From Polyangia bacterium (GTDB taxonomy: Bacteria > Myxococcota_A > Polyangia > JAAYKL01): a DNA stretch of 64,000 nucleotides. The position numbers and the translations under genes were made by a program. The notes under the pieces are model-generated. The model did no database searches. It was given only the letters and a program-made list of their open reading frames with translations, and had not been told where the DNA came from. Positions within the stretch are counted from its first letter, which is position 1. Each line of letters starts with the position of its first letter. The stretch lies in the NCBI GenBank assembly GCA_050287845.1, contig JBNKCR010000017.1:64001-128000 (forward strand). Reading direction: 5' to 3'. Of the stretch, positions 49,444 to 59,010 are shown piece by piece.

Positions 49444-50139
49444 TTATCCTTTGTAAAAGAGTTTCAGGTCCAGATGGGTTTCGGCGGCATCGGCCAGGGC
49501 ATCGTCGTCATTGATGGACGTCATTCGGGGAAATGTACCCAGTATCGGAACTTTGCCGAAATGGGCAATGGCTTCCGCGTTTTTCAGTGATTCACTGAGA
49601 TTGCTGCCATGGTTCAGAATCACACCGGCCACGGGAATCTGCCGATGCCGCGCGGCTTCAATGGTGAGCAGGGTGTTGTTGATGGTCCCGAGAATATCGG
49701 GGGCAACAATGAGCAGCTCATATGGCCCCCCGGCAATGAAATCTCCATAGAGAATTTCATCGTTCAAAGGAACTGAAAGGCCGCCGGCTCCTTCCACGAT
49801 GAGGACATCGCACGACGCAGCGGCGGTATCGATGAACTGACGCATTTCGCGGGGATCGATGATGGCGTTTTCCATGCGGGCGGCCAGATGGGGGGAAACC
49901 GCAGCGCGAAACATGTATCGACAGACCTCTTCCACCCGACCTTTGGCCTGAGATGCCCGCAGCAGGGCGGTGCCGTCGTGGGGTTGCAGGGCCCCGTTGA
50001 CCTCAGGGACACCGCTTTCCACCGGTTTGAGCGCTTTAAAATTCACTTTCTTTTTCAGTAGCGCGCGTGCAATTCCCCGGGTGATCACGGTTTTTCCCAC
50101 ATCGGTGCCGGTACCGGTGATAAATATTCGCCGGGTCAT
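49444..50139 (-). CDS. bioD: Dethiobiotin synthase
   Basis: FITGTGTDVGKT, KPVESG, SPHLAA, VEGAGG, LGTIN. Confidence 0.96.
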   Translation of the reverse strand: MTRRIFITGTGTDVGKTVITRGIARALLKKKVNFKALKPVESGVPEVNGALQPHDGTALLRASQAKGRVEEVCRYMFRAAVSPHLAARMENAIIDPREMRQFIDTAAASCDVLIVEGAGGLSVPLNDEILYGDFIAGGPYELLIVAPDILGTINNTLLTIEAARHRQIPVAGVILNHGSNLSESLKNAEAIAHFGKVPILGTFPRMTSINDDDALADAAETHLDLKLFYKG

Positions 50140-51299
50140 GAGCCGACTCCACTATTTTTCAATTCTTCGATGAGGCGTTCCATCTGTTCCTCCGTGTGCA
50201 GTGCACTCAGGGTGATTCGCAGCCGTTCCGTTCCAGCCGGCACGGTGGGGGGGCGGATTCCCTGCACGAATATGCCCCGCTGCCAGAGGGCGTCCGAGAT
50301 GGCCATGGTTCGCTCCGCGTTGCCGATAAGGATGGGTTGAATGGGCGTATCACTGGGCAGCAGTGGGATTTGCGCGGCTTTCGCCAGTTTCTGAAACCGG
50401 CGGATATTGGTGTGCAGCCGGGTCCGTTCCCGGGTTGCGCCGGCAATACAGGTGAGGCTTTCACAGACCGCACGGGCCAGCGCCGGCGGAGAGGCGGTGG
50501 TATACATCAGACTGCGGGCCGTGCTTTTGAGCAGTTGCGCCGGTTCTGATTCACAGGCCACGCACGCTCCGGCCACGCCAACGGCCTTACCGAACGTGCC
50601 CACCAGCACGTCGATTCGGTTTTCCAGATTCAGCGCGGCCGCAAGTCCGCGACCTTCCGGACCCAGGATGCCCAGAGAGTGCGCTTCGTCGAGATACACA
50701 GCCGCGCCCCCCTGCTTTGCCACGTCGCAGATTTGCGCCAGCGGTGGAATATCGCCATCCATGCTGAAGATGCCCTCGGTAATCACGAGCTTGCCAGATT
50801 CCGGATTCGGATATTGGGCAAGAAGGCTTTTCAGATGATCTGCGTCGTTGTGATCATAAATTTCAATCTTTGCTCTCGACAGTCGGCAACCGTCGATGAT
50901 GCTGGCGTGACAGAGTTGGTCTGAAAAAACAACGTCGCCCTGCCCGGCAAGGGCGCTGATAGCCCCCACATTGGCCTGATACCCGGAAGGAAACAGCACG
51001 CTGTGGGATTTTCCAACAAAGTCTGCAAAACGACGTTCGAGGGTTTCATGCCAGGGAAAGTTGCCACTAACCAGCCTGGATGCGCCGGCGCCAATCCCGT
51101 TTTCCATTTCGACGGCGGCGGCCCGGGCGATGGACGGGGATGCGCTGAGTCCGAGATAATCGTTGGAGCAGAAAATCAGCCTGGGGCCCTCAGGGGTGTC
51201 GGCCTCGGGTCCCACACCGCTGATGCGGAGCGTCCGGGCGAGATGGGTGTGCTGCAGTTGAGAAAGTCGATGGGTCCAATGAGCCTTCATGGCCGTCAT
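50136..51299 (-). CDS. bioF: 8-amino-7-oxononanoate synthase
   Basis: FCSNDYLGL, GASRLVSG, HASIIDG, FSMDGD, DEAH, GTFGKA, IRPPTVP; coupled to bioD; start 51299 or 51290. Confidence 0.94.
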   Translation of the reverse strand: MTAMKAHWTHRLSQLQHTHLARTLRISGVGPEADTPEGPRLIFCSNDYLGLSASPSIARAAAVEMENGIGAGASRLVSGNFPWHETLERRFADFVGKSHSVLFPSGYQANVGAISALAGQGDVVFSDQLCHASIIDGCRLSRAKIEIYDHNDADHLKSLLAQYPNPESGKLVITEGIFSMDGDIPPLAQICDVAKQGGAAVYLDEAHSLGILGPEGRGLAAALNLENRIDVLVGTFGKAVGVAGACVACESEPAQLLKSTARSLMYTTASPPALARAVCESLTCIAGATRERTRLHTNIRRFQKLAKAAQIPLLPSDTPIQPILIGNAERTMAISDALWQRGIFVQGIRPPTVPAGTERLRITLSALHTEEQMERLIEELKNSGVGS

Positions 51300-51482
51300 C
51301 CTGGGCCAACCGGGGTGGAAAAGCAATTGAAATTGTGCGGTTTGTCGGGGGGATCACGGGATGCGTTGTTCTGCGGTCCCATTTTCTGAAGTCGGATCGA
51401 ACGCACTTTGAATTCGCGCAAGCGAATCGAAAATGAGACAGGAAAAAAAACGAACGCGCGGAATCATTTTTCTTTTAAAACC

Positions 51483-51498
51483 TGACATACAGTTGTCA
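51483..51498. promoter_or_regulatory. Palindrome TGACA-N6-TGTCA, candidate operator between divergent bioF and zinc-ribbon genes
   Basis: tgacatacagttgtca read directly. Confidence 0.35.
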
Positions 51499-51580
51499 TT
51501 ACCCTGTTCCATGGTGGGGATGTTCAGTGAAACCTGACGGAAATCAGTGGATTTTCGTCCGAACCCCCACAAGGAAAATC

Positions 51581-51823
51581 ATGGAACAAATGAAATTCTG
51601 TCATTCCTGCGGCATACCGCTGGCAGGCCCCCAGGCCGGAAATGTACAAGGCGATTATTGCGGCAACTGCGTTGACGAGACGGGAAAATGTCACGCCCGG
51701 GCAGTCGTCCAGACTGGCGTGGCCAATTGGCTGATGATGTTCACCCCCGATGTATCGATGGACGTGTGCATGCAGCGGGCCGACCATTACCTCAGGGCAA
51801 TGCCGGCCTGGGCCGACAAATGA
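51581..51823 (+). CDS. Putative zinc-ribbon domain protein
   Basis: FCHSCGIPL...DYCGNC...L..MP.W; RBS AAGGA. Confidence 0.75.
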   Translation: MEQMKFCHSCGIPLAGPQAGNVQGDYCGNCVDETGKCHARAVVQTGVANWLMMFTPDVSMDVCMQRADHYLRAMPAWADK

Positions 51824-51854
51824 ACCCTGCAATCAGAGGAGCGCGTCTGCCCGC

Positions 51855-52040
51855 CTACCGGCGCCCCTTGAAACCCATCATGTTCTGAACCACGGATTCA
51901 CTTTCCTCGGCAATGAGTTTTTCTTCTTCCGCTTTTTCGGCGCACTCCTCGCACACTTTCACTTTGCGACCACCATAGCGGATGGACACCATTTCTTCTT
52001 TTTCAAATTCGTCTTTGCAGATTCGACAGACTGGCATCAT
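51855..52040 (-). CDS. Small CxxC...CxxC zinc-binding protein
   Basis: VCRICK...VCEECAE; RBS GAGGGAG; 14 bp downstream of the FGE-like gene. Confidence 0.65.
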   Translation of the reverse strand: MMPVCRICKDEFEKEEMVSIRYGGRKVKVCEECAEKAEEEKLIAEESESVVQNMMGFKGRR

Positions 52041-52054
52041 TGGCTCCCTCGCGT

Positions 52055-53398
52055 TTACCACCGGCTGGTGATAATCACCTCATTTGTCTGTTCATTGTAC
52101 TCAAAACTTCCTCCGTCGCGGCAGTGCCAACAGGGCGCCCAATAGGCTTCGTCCCGGTGGCCTTCCCGGTACGCCAGCGCCAGGGGAATGGGATTGTCCC
52201 AGATTATCATACTGGATTCATGAATATATTCTTCGTTGTCTTTGGATTCGTGCAATGCCACGACAAATGAATGCCGGTTGGAGCGCCCCACCGCCAGCCA
52301 CAGCTCCATTCCCTGTCGGGGAATCCAGCGCATGGGCTTCCACTGAAAATGAATACCATTTTTGGCTTCAGCCTCCCGATCGGTGCCCCGTTTGGCCAGC
52401 ACGGCCCGAACGTCGGCATTGCTGAACATATGCGGATTGTCGTGCACCGCCGCCAGCTGGGGGATACTCCGGATAATCCGGGCAAATTCCTCGGGCTTCA
52501 TCGTTTTATAAATACTGTGGGCCGGCCTGGGCCGCTCAATGAAAAAGGTGGCTTTGTTCCGCTGGCCTCTGCAGCACCGGAACCCAAGGGCGTCGCCGGT
52601 ATCATCCGGGGCGAATCGCCAGCGTTTGGCGCACCGGGTACCATGGGGCGCATCAATGATTTGTCCGAGAAATTCCTGACCGGCGGTGAACCCCCGTACC
52701 GCGGCGCGCACCTGCTGGTCCGGGTCTCTGCCCCAGGCGCTGTCGGTCCATTCGAGCTGACGGTTCATGGCCCACGCCCCGAATGGCGAGGGTGAGCCGT
52801 GCACATCGCCATAGGCGGCGGCGTTGAACAGATTGCCGGAAATATAGCGTCGATTGTCCGATGATTTGCAGGCCCATTCCCATTCCGCTTCGGTGCACAA
52901 CCGTTTGCCCGCCGATTCGCAGTACTGGGAAGCCTGCATCCGGGTCACACCGGTCATGGGGGGCATGGCGGGATCGTTGGGCCAGGGCAGAACGTCCATC
53001 TGAAACGGTGTGATGGTGGCGGGAACCAGATCATTTTCAGCAAACTGTTCCCGCAGCACGTCATCCACCGCGCTGCCCATCAGCAGTTTTCCCCCCGGCA
53101 CATCCACCATGGCGCCGGCGGTGGGGGGCGGAAAGATCGGCGCCTCCAGGGTTTCGACGACAGCCGGCGCCCCAGGGGGTCGGATGCCCTTGTCCACCGT
53201 ATTTCTGTTTTCTGTTTCATCCGCGTTGGATTCCCCGGCGCTCCTGTGCGTTCCGGCTTCCGCTTCGCCGGCGGACGGGACATCCTTCGTGTTGCCGGTG
53301 TCCACCTTCGCGCCAGCCGGAAAGGCCTTCGAATGGTCTTCATTCTGGCAGGCCCAGAGTGTGGAAAAAACAAGCAGGATGCAAAGGATGCGCTTCAT
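52055..53398 (-). CDS. Lipoprotein with formylglycine-generating-enzyme-like (SUMF1/FGE-sulfatase) domain and an unknown C-terminal domain
   Basis: Lipobox LWAC; MVDVPGG.LLMGS, YC...GKRLCTEAEWEWAC, EWT, LGFRCC. Confidence 0.8.
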   Translation of the reverse strand: MKRILCILLVFSTLWACQNEDHSKAFPAGAKVDTGNTKDVPSAGEAEAGTHRSAGESNADETENRNTVDKGIRPPGAPAVVETLEAPIFPPPTAGAMVDVPGGKLLMGSAVDDVLREQFAENDLVPATITPFQMDVLPWPNDPAMPPMTGVTRMQASQYCESAGKRLCTEAEWEWACKSSDNRRYISGNLFNAAAYGDVHGSPSPFGAWAMNRQLEWTDSAWGRDPDQQVRAAVRGFTAGQEFLGQIIDAPHGTRCAKRWRFAPDDTGDALGFRCCRGQRNKATFFIERPRPAHSIYKTMKPEEFARIIRSIPQLAAVHDNPHMFSNADVRAVLAKRGTDREAEAKNGIHFQWKPMRWIPRQGMELWLAVGRSNRHSFVVALHESKDNEEYIHESSMIIWDNPIPLALAYREGHRDEAYWAPCWHCRDGGSFEYNEQTNEVIITSRW

Positions 53399-53488
53399 GA
53401 CTCCCCTATAACAGGAATACCCGGGTCTGCTCAATAATTATTAGAAAGTCATTGACAGCGACGAATGCCAAAGCAAAGGATGTACAGC

Positions 53489-54640
53489 ATGACGTATGAG
53501 ATTTCCCCGGAGTATCAGAACTGCTGGATAGAACTGTCCAGATCTGCATTGTCAAATAATATCGGCGCATTCCGGCGCCTGCTCACACCGGCGCAGCAAT
53601 TGCTCTGTGTGGTGAAGTCCAACGCTTATGGACATGGCATGGTGCCCGTCGCCAGAGAGGCGTTGGCCGCCGGCGCTTCCTGGCTGGCGGTGTTCAGTGT
53701 GGAAGAGGGGGCCATGCTGAGAGAAGCGGGGATCACCGCGCCGGTTCTGGTGCTGGGGCCCTCGTTTGGTTCCCAGTATCTGTTGGCCGTTAAATATCAG
53801 CTGCAGGTGACGGTGGCATCCATTGATGGTATCAGAAATTATACATCAACATTGACATCGGAACGGATACCGGTGCACCTGAAGCTGGAAACCGGCACCA
53901 ATCGTCAGGGAATTCTGTATTCAGAGCTTCAGGAGGTATCTTCTTTGATACTTTCCAGCGGTATTCCCGTGGAAGGGGCATATACCCATTATGCGGATAT
54001 TGAAGATACCACAGACCATACATTTGCCTCGGGACAGCGCGGCCAGTTTGAAAAATCACTGGATCGCCTGCGGGCCCTCGGGGTGCAGGTGGCCTTGCCC
54101 CATACCGCCTGCACTGCGGCGGCCATCCTGTTTCCCAATACCTATTTCGGGATGGTTCGGGTGGGGATTGGCACATACGGGCTGTGGCCCTCAAAGGAAA
54201 CCAATGTATCCGCCCAGAATCTGGGGCGTGCCCATCTGGCGCTGCAGCCGGTGATGAACTGGAAAACCCGTATCGCGCAGATAAAAACCGTTCCCAGAGG
54301 AGAATATGTGGGCTACGGGCGGACTTTTCGCGCTACCCGGGATACCAGAATCGCCGTATTGCCGGTGGGGTATGCCGATGGATATCGGCGGGCCTTTTCC
54401 AATGCGGCCAATACACTGGTACATGGGATGAGAGCCCGGGTGGTGGGACGGGTGTGCATGAATCTGATGATGATTGATGTCACGGATATTCCCGATGTGG
54501 CGACCGGAGATGTGGTGACACTGCTGGGAACCGATGGCGATGACGCGGTGACCGCTGAGCAGCTGGCGGCCTGCGCCGGCACCATCAATTACGAAATTGT
54601 TACGTGCGCGGCTCCCAATTCCCCCCGCCGACTGGTATGA
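53489..54640 (+). CDS. alr: Alanine racemase
   Basis: VVKSNAYGHG, VRVGIGTYG, VGYG, PVGYADG, GRVCMN, GTINYE; start 53465-53489. Confidence 0.95.
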   Translation: MTYEISPEYQNCWIELSRSALSNNIGAFRRLLTPAQQLLCVVKSNAYGHGMVPVAREALAAGASWLAVFSVEEGAMLREAGITAPVLVLGPSFGSQYLLAVKYQLQVTVASIDGIRNYTSTLTSERIPVHLKLETGTNRQGILYSELQEVSSLILSSGIPVEGAYTHYADIEDTTDHTFASGQRGQFEKSLDRLRALGVQVALPHTACTAAAILFPNTYFGMVRVGIGTYGLWPSKETNVSAQNLGRAHLALQPVMNWKTRIAQIKTVPRGEYVGYGRTFRATRDTRIAVLPVGYADGYRRAFSNAANTLVHGMRARVVGRVCMNLMMIDVTDIPDVATGDVVTLLGTDGDDAVTAEQLAACAGTINYEIVTCAAPNSPRRLV

Positions 54641-54726
54641 AAAGGGGGGAATTTCCCGCGCGGCGCCCATAAAGAAGGCGGGCATGACAATATCATCTGA
54701 GCACCGGAAAATACTGGAGGAAAAAT

Positions 54727-55452
54727 ATGGATATTCAACAGACAGATCGGCAACGAATTGAAAAAGTGAACCGGAATCGATGGGCCGGTCTTTTCGGGCC
54801 CTCATTGTGGACCCGGATCTGTTGCGGGGTTGGCGGTCTGTGGTTTCTTACCGCGCTTGCCTTTGGTGGATGTGCCGGGGATGACGATGATGCGCTGGGT
54901 CGGACCGACGAATCCGTGACGCCGTCGACCGACGGGACCGAAACCGATTCGGTATCGGATGGTTCGGATATTGGAGACAGTGAGACGGGAACGCCGGATG
55001 AGGGGGACACGGAGACCACTCTCACGTGGGAGACCTATGTGTATGATGGAAGCTGCGAGAAGGCACAGACTGAAGCGGAATGTCAACAGGCGAGCGAGAT
55101 GTTGCCGGTGATCACCGGCATCGACGATTATTGGCACAGCTGCCGCTATTTTGCTGATTTCCGCACCATTTCCAGGGATATCGACGGTGAATGCACCATT
55201 GGCACCGAGAGCCGGAGCTTCTGTCAGTATCAGCGGGGGGGCGAGGCTGCGGATGTATCGGCGCCCATTGACGGCTGCGGTGTCTTTTTGGGCTGGCCAG
55301 GGTATATCCAGACTGAAGATGGTCTGTATTTCGGGCTGGACGATCCGAAAGGTCTCAGTTATTGCCAGTTTACTTTCGATGGCACGCAGATGATCGCCGC
55401 CCCTGCGGAATGCGAATGTCTGTGCGACGGACAACATTTCACCCTTCCGTAA
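54727..55452 (+). CDS. Hypothetical acidic, Cys-rich lipoprotein
   Basis: Hydrophobic segment ending FGGC, D/T/S-rich linker, Cys-rich C-terminal domain; RBS GGAGG. Confidence 0.6.
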   Translation: MDIQQTDRQRIEKVNRNRWAGLFGPSLWTRICCGVGGLWFLTALAFGGCAGDDDDALGRTDESVTPSTDGTETDSVSDGSDIGDSETGTPDEGDTETTLTWETYVYDGSCEKAQTEAECQQASEMLPVITGIDDYWHSCRYFADFRTISRDIDGECTIGTESRSFCQYQRGGEAADVSAPIDGCGVFLGWPGYIQTEDGLYFGLDDPKGLSYCQFTFDGTQMIAAPAECECLCDGQHFTLP

Positions 55453-55596
55453 TATTTCTGTCCGGCATTTCCGGTTGATTCACCCATTCCGCTTGTTATC
55501 GTTGCACTTTCAGGGCACTTTCAGGTAATATCTTGCGCCACACGGAACGCTGATTACGTTGGGTTGCAACCCCCAGGGAGGAGCCATGGAACGGTC

Positions 55597-57723
55597 ATGA
55601 CAATTGTGAATCCATCCATCGAAAAATTCATTACTTCAAACATTTCTCTGGTGTCCGGTGACGTGGCATCGAAACGGGATGAAATTCGCGCGTATTTTGT
55701 GAAAACCTATGAATTGTACGAGCGGCTTTTTGAGACGCTTGAATCCGATAGGGGGTTCTATGAGCGGCCGCAGCCCCTCAGGCACCCACTGATTTTTTAT
55801 TTCGGTCACACCGCGGTATTTTTTGTGAATAAGCTGATGCTGGCCCGATTGCTTCCTGCCCGTCTGGATGACCGGATGGAGTCCATTTTTGCCATCGGCG
55901 TGGACGAGATGAGCTGGGACGACCTCAACGGGGAGCATTACGATTGGCCCACGGTGGATGAAGTGCGGGTGTATCGCAGCCGGGTGAGAGAAGCGGTGCT
56001 GCAGGTGATCGATGATATGTCCTTCACCCTGCCAATTGACTGGGAAAGTCCCATGTGGCCCATCCTGATGGGCATTGAACATGAACGGATTCATCTGGAG
56101 ACCAGCTCGGTGCTGATTCGCCAGTTGCATATTGATCTGGTGAAAGACCACCCCCTGTTTCAGCCCTGTCCCTTTTTCGGAGAGGCACCGGAAAACACCC
56201 TGGTGGCCGTTGCGGGCAGTGGGGTGCACCTTGGCAAATCCTGGTCCCATGAGTTGTATGGCTGGGACAACGAATACGGTAGCGCCGCGGTGGAGGTGGC
56301 GGATTTCGAGGCATCGGGATATTTGGTTTCCAATGCCGAGTATCTGGACTTTGTGAACGATGGCGGCTATCACAGCGACCAGTGGTGGGATGAAGAAGGT
56401 CGTGCCTGGAAGGCCTATCATCATGCCGAGATGCCGGAGTTCTGGCGCAAGCGGGATGGGGCGTATGCATTGCGTCTTTTGACCCGGGAGGTACCCCTGC
56501 CCCTGAATTGGCCGGTGGAGGTATGTTATCTGGAGGCAAAGGCATTCTGCAACTGGAAAGCGGCTCGACTGAAACGACCGGTGCGATTGCCCGATGAGGC
56601 GGAGTACCGACGACTGCTCGAAGTGTCGGGATACGACCGCGAACATCATGTCGCCCCCATCAGCGCCAATTGGAATCTCGAAAAATATGCAAGCTCCGTC
56701 CCTGTGGACACATTTGCCCACGGCGACTTTTTTGATTTGGTGGGGAATGTCTGGCAGTGGAATGAAACCCCGATTTCCGGGTTCGATGGCTTTAAGGTGC
56801 ATCCCCTGTACGACGATTTTTCTGCACCCACGTTTGACAATCGGCATGCATTGATAAAGGGCGGATCGTGGATTTCCACTGGAAATGAAATTGCCCTGCA
56901 CAGCCGGTACGCATTCCGGCGCCATTTTTATCAGCATGCGGGATTTCGGTACGTGGTTTCGCAGCGGCAGGTGAAAACCGAATTCAGCACGTATGAAACC
57001 GATGCCGCTGTGGCAATGTATCTGGAGTTCCAGTATGGGCCCGCTTATTTTGACGTGCCGAATTTTGCCGCCACCATCGCCGAACTGGCGTTGGGTCATG
57101 TTCCGGCGAATCGAAGACGCCGGGCGCTGGACATCGGTTGCGCCACCGGGCGGCTTACCTTTGAACTGTCACCGTATTTTGCGCATCTGGATGGGCTGGA
57201 TTATTCCGCCCGTTTCATCCGTCAGGCCACCGCCCTTTCGAAGGAGGGCCGTACCCGGTACGAACTGGTGAGCGAAGGGGACCTCGTGACGTATCGGGAG
57301 TGCAATCTGGCGCAATTGAACGTGGTCCCCAGACCCGAATGCATTTCGTTCATGCAGCAGGACGCCTGCAATCTGAAGCCCCAGTATCGCGATTACGATT
57401 TGGTGGTGGCGTCGAACCTGGTGGACCGGCTCAGCGACCCGGCGAAATTCCTCAGGGAGATTGGCGCCCGGATAACCTCGGGGGGTATCCTGGTGGTGGC
57501 ATCGCCCTACACATGGCTGGAGGATTTTACGCCGAAGGATAAATGGTTGGGGGGATATCGCCGGGATGGTGAACCGGTGACCGGACTGGATGGATTGCAT
57601 GCCCACCTCGACGATGCGTTCCAGCGGATTGCCGCCCCCCGGGATGTGCCGTTTGTGATTCGCGAAACCGAACGGAAGTTTCAGCACACCATCTCTCAGG
57701 TAACCGTATGGCAGAAAAAATGA
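55597..57723 (+). CDS. ovoA: 5-histidylcysteine sulfoxide synthase / methyltransferase (ovothiol biosynthesis)
   Basis: DinB-like LRHPLIFYFGHT, GVDEMSWDDL, Fe motif HERIHLE, FGE-like domain (GNVWQW, RYAFRRHFYQHAGFRY), C-terminal SAM-MTase LDIGCATGR...SPYTW. Confidence 0.93.
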   Translation: MTIVNPSIEKFITSNISLVSGDVASKRDEIRAYFVKTYELYERLFETLESDRGFYERPQPLRHPLIFYFGHTAVFFVNKLMLARLLPARLDDRMESIFAIGVDEMSWDDLNGEHYDWPTVDEVRVYRSRVREAVLQVIDDMSFTLPIDWESPMWPILMGIEHERIHLETSSVLIRQLHIDLVKDHPLFQPCPFFGEAPENTLVAVAGSGVHLGKSWSHELYGWDNEYGSAAVEVADFEASGYLVSNAEYLDFVNDGGYHSDQWWDEEGRAWKAYHHAEMPEFWRKRDGAYALRLLTREVPLPLNWPVEVCYLEAKAFCNWKAARLKRPVRLPDEAEYRRLLEVSGYDREHHVAPISANWNLEKYASSVPVDTFAHGDFFDLVGNVWQWNETPISGFDGFKVHPLYDDFSAPTFDNRHALIKGGSWISTGNEIALHSRYAFRRHFYQHAGFRYVVSQRQVKTEFSTYETDAAVAMYLEFQYGPAYFDVPNFAATIAELALGHVPANRRRRALDIGCATGRLTFELSPYFAHLDGLDYSARFIRQATALSKEGRTRYELVSEGDLVTYRECNLAQLNVVPRPECISFMQQDACNLKPQYRDYDLVVASNLVDRLSDPAKFLREIGARITSGGILVVASPYTWLEDFTPKDKWLGGYRRDGEPVTGLDGLHAHLDDAFQRIAAPRDVPFVIRETERKFQHTISQVTVWQKK

Positions 57724-58889
57724 CATACAGGTTCGATGAAGAAATATCGCGTCTTGGTACCGGAGCGGAAAAATATGAAGCGCGCAGGGCCCTGTTTGGA
57801 AAAGCGGATGTGGAGCCGTACTGGGTGGCGGATATGGATGTACCGACACCGTCGTTTCTGACCGATGCGCTGAAGGAGCGTCTTTCTCACCCCATGTTCG
57901 GGTACACCACGGTTTCCGAATCGCTGCTCGACGCCATTCAATGGTGGCAGGAATCCCAGCACGGAGTGCAGCTCGAACCCCGATGGATTCGGTTGTCTCC
58001 TTCGGTGGTGACCAGTATTGCCATGGCCATTCAGGCATTTACAGAAAAGGGCGATGGGGTGGTGGTGTTTTCACCGGTCTATGGGCCCTTTTTCTTTGTG
58101 ACCCAACACAATGGCCGACGGGTGCTGGATTTGCCCCTCCAACTGGAAGCGGGCCAGTACGTGATGGACTTTGATGCCCTGGAAACCTGTCTGAAAACGG
58201 AAAAGCCGCGATTGCTGCTGCTGTGCAATCCCCATAATCCGGGAGGGCGGGTGTGGAGCGCATCCGAACTCCGTCGCCTGGTGGCGATGTGTAGAACGTA
58301 TGGGGTACACATTTTCAGTGACGAAATTCACTGCGATATTGTGTATGCCCCTCACCGTCATACTTCTCTGCTGACCATTCCGGCAGCGCTGGATCTGTGC
58401 ACGGTGGCCCACTCCATCGGTAAAACGTTCAATGCCAGCGGATTGAACGCCTCCTTTGTGGTGGTGCCGGATGAAGACAACCGGAAAAAATTTGTGGATG
58501 CCCAGGAAATCAGCCATTGCGGCAGCGTGAATCTCCTTGGAAAAATTGCCCTTGAAAGTGCCTTTTCTCCGGCAGGGGAGGCATACAAAAAAGCCCTGGT
58601 CACCTATCTGAACAATAATATCCGGCAGGTGGTTGGCCGGTTGAGCACCCTTGATGGGGCGACCATCATGATTCCCCAGGCCACGTTTCTGGTGTGGTGT
58701 GATTTTCGCGGATTCGGCAAATGGCCCACGGTCATGAAGACCCTCATTCACCAGGCCAACGTTGCCCTTTCGGGCGGAACGTTTTTTGGCCCGGCCGGCG
58801 CAGGCTGGTTCCGGATGAATTGCGCCCATCCCGGTGAACCGCTTCTTCGCGCCGCCGACCGGGTGGTGAAAACCCTTTCCGCCATCTGA
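57720..58889 (+). CDS. PatB/MalY-family PLP-dependent C-S lyase (candidate ovothiol sulfoxide lyase)
   Basis: WVADMD, FGYT, LCNPHNPGGRVW, SDEIH, SIGKTFN, RMN; ATGA overlap with ovoA. Confidence 0.88.
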   Translation: MTYRFDEEISRLGTGAEKYEARRALFGKADVEPYWVADMDVPTPSFLTDALKERLSHPMFGYTTVSESLLDAIQWWQESQHGVQLEPRWIRLSPSVVTSIAMAIQAFTEKGDGVVVFSPVYGPFFFVTQHNGRRVLDLPLQLEAGQYVMDFDALETCLKTEKPRLLLLCNPHNPGGRVWSASELRRLVAMCRTYGVHIFSDEIHCDIVYAPHRHTSLLTIPAALDLCTVAHSIGKTFNASGLNASFVVVPDEDNRKKFVDAQEISHCGSVNLLGKIALESAFSPAGEAYKKALVTYLNNNIRQVVGRLSTLDGATIMIPQATFLVWCDFRGFGKWPTVMKTLIHQANVALSGGTFFGPAGAGWFRMNCAHPGEPLLRAADRVVKTLSAI

Positions 58890-58893
58890 ATAA

Positions 58894-58941
58894 AAATTCT
58901 GAATCCGAAGGGGTTCGATGCCAATCACCCCGGATGAATTT
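58894..58941 (+). terminator. Interrupted hairpin directly after the C-S lyase gene
   Basis: Nested pairings AAATTC/GAATTT, ATCCG/CGGAT, GGGT/ACCC; U-tail is weak. Confidence 0.3.
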
Positions 58942-59010
58942 CGTGACACTCGGCTCAGTTTGTGCCAGTATGGCACATGTCATATATATGGAATAAAAAA
59001 AGGTTGAGTC

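Noticed and set aside
55597..57723. Ergothioneine EgtB or selenium-variant (ovoselenol/selenoneine) synthase
   Set aside because: OvoA-type motifs and fused C-terminal methyltransferase are present; no egtD, selD or selenosugar synthase nearby
58952..58967. Sigma54-like GG-N10-GC (TGGCACAAACTGAGC) on the minus strand
   Set aside because: Poor -12 element and points antisense into the lyase gene; no convincing sigma54 promoter was found in the window
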